From contig JBGVBT010000016.1 of NCBI GenBank assembly GCA_045225895.1, forward strand, positions 1 through 40,629: a stretch of 40,629 bases of DNA. Reading direction: 5' to 3'. Every line of letters starts with the position of its first letter. Position 1 is the first letter of the stretch. Of this stretch, positions 35,903 through 40,629 are shown in pieces. The stretch comes from Sphaerochaetaceae bacterium. GTDB taxonomy: Bacteria; Spirochaetota; Spirochaetia; Sphaerochaetales; Sphaerochaetaceae. The notes below the pieces were generated by a model. That model ran no database searches. It had not been told where the DNA came from and saw only the letters and a list, made by a program, of their open reading frames with translations. Both the position numbers and the translations under genes were made by a program.

Positions 35903-35965
35903 AAAATTTGTCCTGATTTAAGGACGCAATTCAACAAACAATAAAACTAGCGGAGTTGGTTTATT

Positions 35966-37054
35966 ATGGATGTTAAAATCACAATTAATAATGCAGTAAA
36001 GAAATATGGCGATTTCACCGCCATTCCGGATTTGTCCCTGGAGATTCAGCCAGGAGAGTTCTTCACCCTTCTTGGTCCTTCAGGATGTGGAAAGACAACT
36101 CTGCTCAGAATGATTGCCGGATTCAACTCGATCGAGGGCGGAACCTTCTACTTCGGCGACCGTCTGATTAACGACCTTGATCCGTCCAAGAGGAACATCG
36201 GAATGGTGTTCCAGAACTATGCAATCTTTCCACACCTCACAGTAAGAAAGAACGTTGCTTTCGGACTCAAGAACAAGAAGCTTCCGAAAGAAGAGATAAA
36301 GGCCAAGACCGAAGAGTTCATGGCCCTGATGAAGATCTCCGAGTATGCCGACCGTCTCCCCGAGAAGCTCTCCGGTGGACAGCAGCAGAGAGTCGCCCTT
36401 GCCAGAGCTCTGGCAATCGAGCCTGAGGTCCTTCTCATGGACGAGCCTCTTTCGAACCTCGATGCAAAGCTCAGGGTCGAGATGAGAACCGTCATCAAGG
36501 AGATCCAGAACAGACTTGGAATCACCACCGTCTATGTCACCCATGACCAGGAAGAGGCCATGGCCGTCTCCGACAGGATCGCCGTCATGAACCTCGGTGT
36601 CATCCAGCAGATCGGTTCCCCGAAGACCCTGTACCAGAGACCTGCCAACCAGTTCGTCGCAACCTTCATCGGCCGCACGAACCTGATGGAGGCCCAGATC
36701 AAGGTCGAGGGCAAGGAGAAGTCCATCGTCTTCGACAACGGTTACACGGTCAAGATGAAGAACCTCACCGATGTCACCGACGGACAGAAGGTTGTCGTCT
36801 CAGTCAGACCTGAGGAGCTTGTCATCAACTCCAAGTCCGAGACCGGAAGCCTTGTCGGAAAGGTCCTGTACAGCACCTTCCTCGGACTGAACACACACTA
36901 TGTCGTGGAGCTTTCCAACGGAACCAGAGCCGAAATCATCCAGGAGTCACTGATCGACGACATCATCGAGAACGGAACAGAGGTCTATCTGACAGTCAAG
37001 GCCGAGAAGATCAACGTGTTCACCGATGACGGTGAGAAGAGTCTTGTCAGGTGA
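35966..37054 (+). CDS. ABC transporter ATP-binding protein (PotA/FbpC/AfuC-type with a C-terminal TOBE-like domain)
   Basis: 362 aa. Walker A is LLGPSGCGKTTLLRMIAGF, the signature motif is LSGGQQQRVALARAL, and Walker B is LLMDEPLSNLD. Confidence 0.92.
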   Translation: MDVKITINNAVKKYGDFTAIPDLSLEIQPGEFFTLLGPSGCGKTTLLRMIAGFNSIEGGTFYFGDRLINDLDPSKRNIGMVFQNYAIFPHLTVRKNVAFGLKNKKLPKEEIKAKTEEFMALMKISEYADRLPEKLSGGQQQRVALARALAIEPEVLLMDEPLSNLDAKLRVEMRTVIKEIQNRLGITTVYVTHDQEEAMAVSDRIAVMNLGVIQQIGSPKTLYQRPANQFVATFIGRTNLMEAQIKVEGKEKSIVFDNGYTVKMKNLTDVTDGQKVVVSVRPEELVINSKSETGSLVGKVLYSTFLGLNTHYVVELSNGTRAEIIQESLIDDIIENGTEVYLTVKAEKINVFTDDGEKSLVR

Positions 37055-37061
37055 GGGGAAT

Positions 37062-38720
37062 ATGAAGAAGAAAGCGAAATTCGATTTCTGGGTCATAGCC
37101 AGCCTTGTTGTGCTTGGCCTGTATCTGCTTTTCATGGTCTATCCGCTTCTGAAGATCGTCAGACAGTCCGTCCTAGACGACAAGACCGGAGCTCTGACAC
37201 TGAAGCACTTCATCAAGTTCTTCAGCCAGCCTTACTACTTCAGAACCCTGACCAACAGCTTCAAGGTCGCCATCTGCACCTGTGCCATCTCCCTGGCTCT
37301 CGGTGTGCCCCTTGCATATCTGTACAACATGTACCAGATCAGAGGCCGCAAGACTCTCCAGATGCTGATCATCCTGTCATCCATGTCCGCCCCGTTCATC
37401 GGAGCCTACGCATGGGTAAACCTGCTGGGAAGAGCCGGAGCAATCACAAAGCTGTTCAAGACGGCCTTCGGGATTACAATTCCGAACATCTACGGATTCA
37501 ACGGAATCCTCCTTGTCCTGTCTCTGAAGCTGTTCCCCCTGGTATTCATGTACGTCTCAGGTGCAATGAAGAACATCGACAAGTCGTTGCTTGAGGCATC
37601 CGCCAACATGGGTGTAAGCGGCACAAAGAGATTCTTCCGCATTGTCATCCCACTCTGCATGCCCTCAATCCTGGCCGCCGCACTGATGGTCTTCATGAGA
37701 GCCATCGCAGATTTCGGAACCCCGCTGATGATAGGAGAGGGCTACACCACATTCCCCGTCATCATCTACAACGAGTATGTCGGAGAGGTGGGAACCAACC
37801 ACAACTTCGCAGCTGCCATAGCGGTCATCGCAATCCTGATCACACTGGTCTTCTTCCTCGTCCAGAGATATCTGACAAAGAAGAACAGCTTCTCCATGAG
37901 CGCGATGAACCATGTGGAGAGAAAGAAGGCCAAACCCCTCGGAAGTTTCTTCATCCATCTCTACAGCTACGGTCTTGTGGCCCTTGCCCTTCTTCCCCAG
38001 CTGTATCTGGTCTACCTGTCATTCAGAAAGACCAATCCCAGCGGAGAGGTCTTCCAGAGCGGTTTCTCCATGCAGAGCTACCAGCATGTGTTCAACAGAA
38101 TGGGCAACACCATCTGGAACACAATCAGGATCTGCGGCATGGCACTCATACTGATCATCATCCTGGCAATCCTGATCTCCTATCTTACAGTCAGGCGCAG
38201 GAATGTCCTCAACGCCACGATCGATACCCTTTCAATGGTCCCGTACGTCATTCCGGGTGCCGTTGTAGGTATCTCCATGATCCTTGCATTCAACAACCGT
38301 TACCTTCCTCTGGTCGGAACGGCGGCCATCATGGTCATTGCCATGTGTGTCAGAAGAATCCCGTACACAATCCGTTCTTCAGTCGCCATCCTTTCCCAGA
38401 TACCGATGTCCATAGACGAGGCGGCCGAGTCCCTCGGAGCCAGCAAGTTCAAGACACTGGTGAAGGTCACCATCCCCATGATGTTCAACGGACTGTTCGC
38501 CGGAGCCATCATGAGCTGGGTCACTCTCATCACAGAGCTTTCATCATCCATGCTCCTGTATTCGTTCAAGACCCAGACACTGAACGTCGCGGTCTACAAG
38601 GCTGTTGCAAACGCCACGGACGGAAGAGCCTGTGCTCTCGCCACGGTCGTCTCGCTGTTCACAGTCCTGTCTTTGGTCCTGTTCAACAAGGTCTCCAAGG
38701 ACGGAGAGATCATGATGTGA
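37062..38720 (+). CDS. ABC transporter permease, fused two-module type (FbpB/AfuB-like)
   Basis: About 552 aa and about 12 TM helices in two repeated halves, each with an EAA-type loop (LLEASANMGVSGTKRFFRIVIP and IDEAAESLGASKFKTLVKVTIP). ATG at 37062 is preceded by GAGGGG. The track ORF starts at 37026, inside the ATPase gene. Confidence 0.88.
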   Translation: MKKKAKFDFWVIASLVVLGLYLLFMVYPLLKIVRQSVLDDKTGALTLKHFIKFFSQPYYFRTLTNSFKVAICTCAISLALGVPLAYLYNMYQIRGRKTLQMLIILSSMSAPFIGAYAWVNLLGRAGAITKLFKTAFGITIPNIYGFNGILLVLSLKLFPLVFMYVSGAMKNIDKSLLEASANMGVSGTKRFFRIVIPLCMPSILAAALMVFMRAIADFGTPLMIGEGYTTFPVIIYNEYVGEVGTNHNFAAAIAVIAILITLVFFLVQRYLTKKNSFSMSAMNHVERKKAKPLGSFFIHLYSYGLVALALLPQLYLVYLSFRKTNPSGEVFQSGFSMQSYQHVFNRMGNTIWNTIRICGMALILIIILAILISYLTVRRRNVLNATIDTLSMVPYVIPGAVVGISMILAFNNRYLPLVGTAAIMVIAMCVRRIPYTIRSSVAILSQIPMSIDEAAESLGASKFKTLVKVTIPMMFNGLFAGAIMSWVTLITELSSSMLLYSFKTQTLNVAVYKAVANATDGRACALATVVSLFTVLSLVLFNKVSKDGEIMM

Positions 38721-38743
38721 TCCTGCATCCGATTGCAGAAATG

Positions 38744-38779
38744 GCCTTCTTCCGTATTCCGGAGGAAGGCTTTTATTTT
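38744..38779 (+). terminator. Rho-independent terminator ending the aldolase-to-permease operon
   Basis: GCCTTCTTCCG pairs with CGGAGGAAGGC as an 11-bp stem with one G-U pair and a 5-nt loop. It is followed by TTTTATTTT. Confidence 0.8.
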
Positions 38780-38874
38780 GCCTTGTTGAAATAGTTTTGG
38801 GTTTTTAAGTAAACTATGATATCCTGTTAGACGGTTGGCCATAAACGTATACAGGAACGAGGACGATAGATAAA

Positions 38875-40533
38875 ATGTACTATTCGGCAATTGGCATACT
38901 TGCTGCCGTGATTCTGCTGATTGAGAACTTTGATATTCTTCTGAACCTCAATGGGGCTTTCGAGCAACGTGTCTGGAAACTCTACAGACGCTTTCTCTTC
39001 GTGGTCCTTGTCTACTATGCCACGGACATCCTCTGGGGATATCTCGAGAAGCGCAAGCTTGCAACCCTTCTTTTTGCAGACACCTCCCTGTATTTCTTCA
39101 TCATGGCGGTGGGCGTGACCTACTGGACCAGGTACTGCGTCGAGTATCTCGGCGAGAATAACTTATTCAGCAGATTCTTCCTCATTACAGGGAGACTCAT
39201 AACAACCTGTGCGGCTTTTTTGGTTGCCGCGAACCTCGTCACACCTGTCCTTTTCACCGTAGATGAGAAATGCGTCTATCATCCGCTCAAATACAGGTAC
39301 ATCCTCCTTATCAGCCAGATAGCTCTGCTTGTCCTGATTTCCGTCTATGCAATGGTCTCCATCATCGGACTCCGGGGTAAGGGCAAGACCGACAAGCTCA
39401 GACGTTACCGGACCCTCTGGCTGTTCGGAATGATCATGTCCGGCTGTCTCACCGCCCAGATATGGAATCCGTATCTCCCTCTCTACGCAGTGGGTTATCT
39501 TCTCGGAACATCACTTCTGAGGACCTTCGTCATAGGAGACGAGAAGGAAGAATACCGGCAGAAACTTGAGCAGACCGCTCTTGTTGCAGACAAGGCAAGA
39601 CACAGACTTGCAGAGGAACGCATGGCCGAAGAGAGGATTGCATACGCCCGTATCAACGCCCTGACCGGAAACTTCATTGTGATCTACATAGTTGTCCCGA
39701 GTACCGGGCGCTACAGAGAATACAGCGCATCCAGCGGATACGACTCTTTCTCCATCCCAAAGGAAGGTCTGGATTTCTTCGCCGCAGCAAGGGAAAACGG
39801 GAAAAAGGTCATTCATCCGGCCGACATCGACCGTTACCTTTCCCTGTTCACTATGGACAACGTCATGTCTGAAATCCGCAGGAACGACCTTTTCGCCTTG
39901 AACTACCGTCTGATGGTGGATGGCAAGCCTCGCTACGTCCAGCTCAAGGCAGCTATGGTCGATGAAAAAGACGGCCAGCGTCTGATTGTGGGAGTCAACG
40001 ACGTCGATTCCCTGGTCCGTCACGAGGAAGAGTACAGAAAACAGCTTGCCGATGCCCGCAACGAGGTCAATGTCGATGCTCTCACCGGGGTCTGGTCCAG
40101 ACATGCCTTCCTCGAGGCCGAAGACCGCCTGAACGGCCGCATCAAGGAACATGAGGAAGTCCGGTTTGCCATTGTCATCTGCGATGTCAACGACCTTAAG
40201 ACCGTGAACGATACCTTCGGCCATAAGGCCGGAGACCAGTACATCCGCGATGCCGCAGATGTAATCCGTGCTGTGTTCAGAGACAGCAGGATCTACCGTG
40301 TCGGTGGCGATGAGTTTGCCGTAATTGTCCAGGGTGAGGAATACGACAACATAGACGACCTGATGAAGTCTCTCAGGAAGCACAACCTCGAGGCCATACT
40401 GGACAAGTCTGTCGTCGTAGCCTGCGGAATGTCACGATTCAAAGACGATGACAACGTTGCCCTGGTTTTCGAGCGCGCCGACCAGAACATGTACGAAGAC
40501 AAGAACGAACTCAAGAAGAAAAAGAACATCTGA
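38875..40533 (+). CDS. Integral-membrane diguanylate cyclase (canonical GGDEF) with a central PAS-like linker region
   Basis: 552 aa with about 6-7 N-terminal TM helices. The GGDEF domain reads VDALTGVWSRHAFLE...VICDVNDLKTVNDTFGHKAGDQYIRDAA...IYRVGGDEFAVIV, with GGDEF at nt 40303-40317. Confidence 0.9.
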   Translation: MYYSAIGILAAVILLIENFDILLNLNGAFEQRVWKLYRRFLFVVLVYYATDILWGYLEKRKLATLLFADTSLYFFIMAVGVTYWTRYCVEYLGENNLFSRFFLITGRLITTCAAFLVAANLVTPVLFTVDEKCVYHPLKYRYILLISQIALLVLISVYAMVSIIGLRGKGKTDKLRRYRTLWLFGMIMSGCLTAQIWNPYLPLYAVGYLLGTSLLRTFVIGDEKEEYRQKLEQTALVADKARHRLAEERMAEERIAYARINALTGNFIVIYIVVPSTGRYREYSASSGYDSFSIPKEGLDFFAAARENGKKVIHPADIDRYLSLFTMDNVMSEIRRNDLFALNYRLMVDGKPRYVQLKAAMVDEKDGQRLIVGVNDVDSLVRHEEEYRKQLADARNEVNVDALTGVWSRHAFLEAEDRLNGRIKEHEEVRFAIVICDVNDLKTVNDTFGHKAGDQYIRDAADVIRAVFRDSRIYRVGGDEFAVIVQGEEYDNIDDLMKSLRKHNLEAILDKSVVVACGMSRFKDDDNVALVFERADQNMYEDKNELKKKKNI

Positions 40534-40629
40534 TAATCCTTACTGCACGATTGTTCATTGGCTGTGGGTTGCCTGTGCAGCGCTTTGCACATGCCAGGCG
40601 GGGCGCGGCCTTCAGCCTTGGCGCCCGAC

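Noticed and set aside
39511-40383. A 290-aa minus-strand ORF inside the last GGDEF gene.
   Set aside because: It is antisense to a frame that contains a complete GGDEF domain.

Overview
This is a gene-dense 40.6-kb bacterial chromosomal window. I found no rRNA, tRNA, CRISPR array, transposase or integrase. All family calls come from reading motifs in the supplied translations and hand-checking start sites; no database search was run.

Gene order:
1. A partial K+-channel-like gene with two TrkA-C repeats (1-974, minus strand).
2. A c-di-GMP turnover pair: a membrane HD-GYP phosphodiesterase and a membrane AGDEF-type diguanylate cyclase.
3. A DtxR-family metalloregulator divergent from a feoA-feoA-feoB operon that ends in a Cys-rich membrane protein. 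Three copies of a 16-bp GTTAGC-N4-GCTAAC palindrome sit in this locus.
4. A roughly 16-kb Wzx/Wzy-type polysaccharide locus built from two convergent operons whose last genes overlap by 17 nt.
   - The plus-strand operon (7.8-12.6 kb) has GT2, Wzx flippase, a TagF-like glycerophosphotransferase and GT2.
   - The minus-strand operon (23.8 to 12.6 kb) has a CpsE/WbaP-like priming transferase, a WchF-like GT, two paralogous GT1s, two Wzz/PCP-like proteins, Wzy, a membrane metallophosphoesterase and an acyltransferase-3.
5. A LysR regulator divergent from asnB, glnN (type III glutamine synthetase) and pyrG.
6. A DeoR regulator divergent from a class II aldolase, a split transketolase, a PfkB kinase and an FbpABC/AfuABC-type ABC importer.
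7. A second membrane GGDEF cyclase.

The most unusual element is the second PCP-like protein (15859-17736). Its cytoplasmic tail is a catalytically dead GGDEF-like domain (NGSLT in place of GGDEF) where PCP proteins normally carry or recruit a BY-kinase. No kinase or phosphatase is present in the locus, and three c-di-GMP turnover genes lie in the same window.

Organism identity cannot be fixed from the sequence. GSIII, the split transketolase and the FeoA-FeoA-FeoB-Cys-rich arrangement suggest an anaerobe of the Clostridia or spirochaete type.
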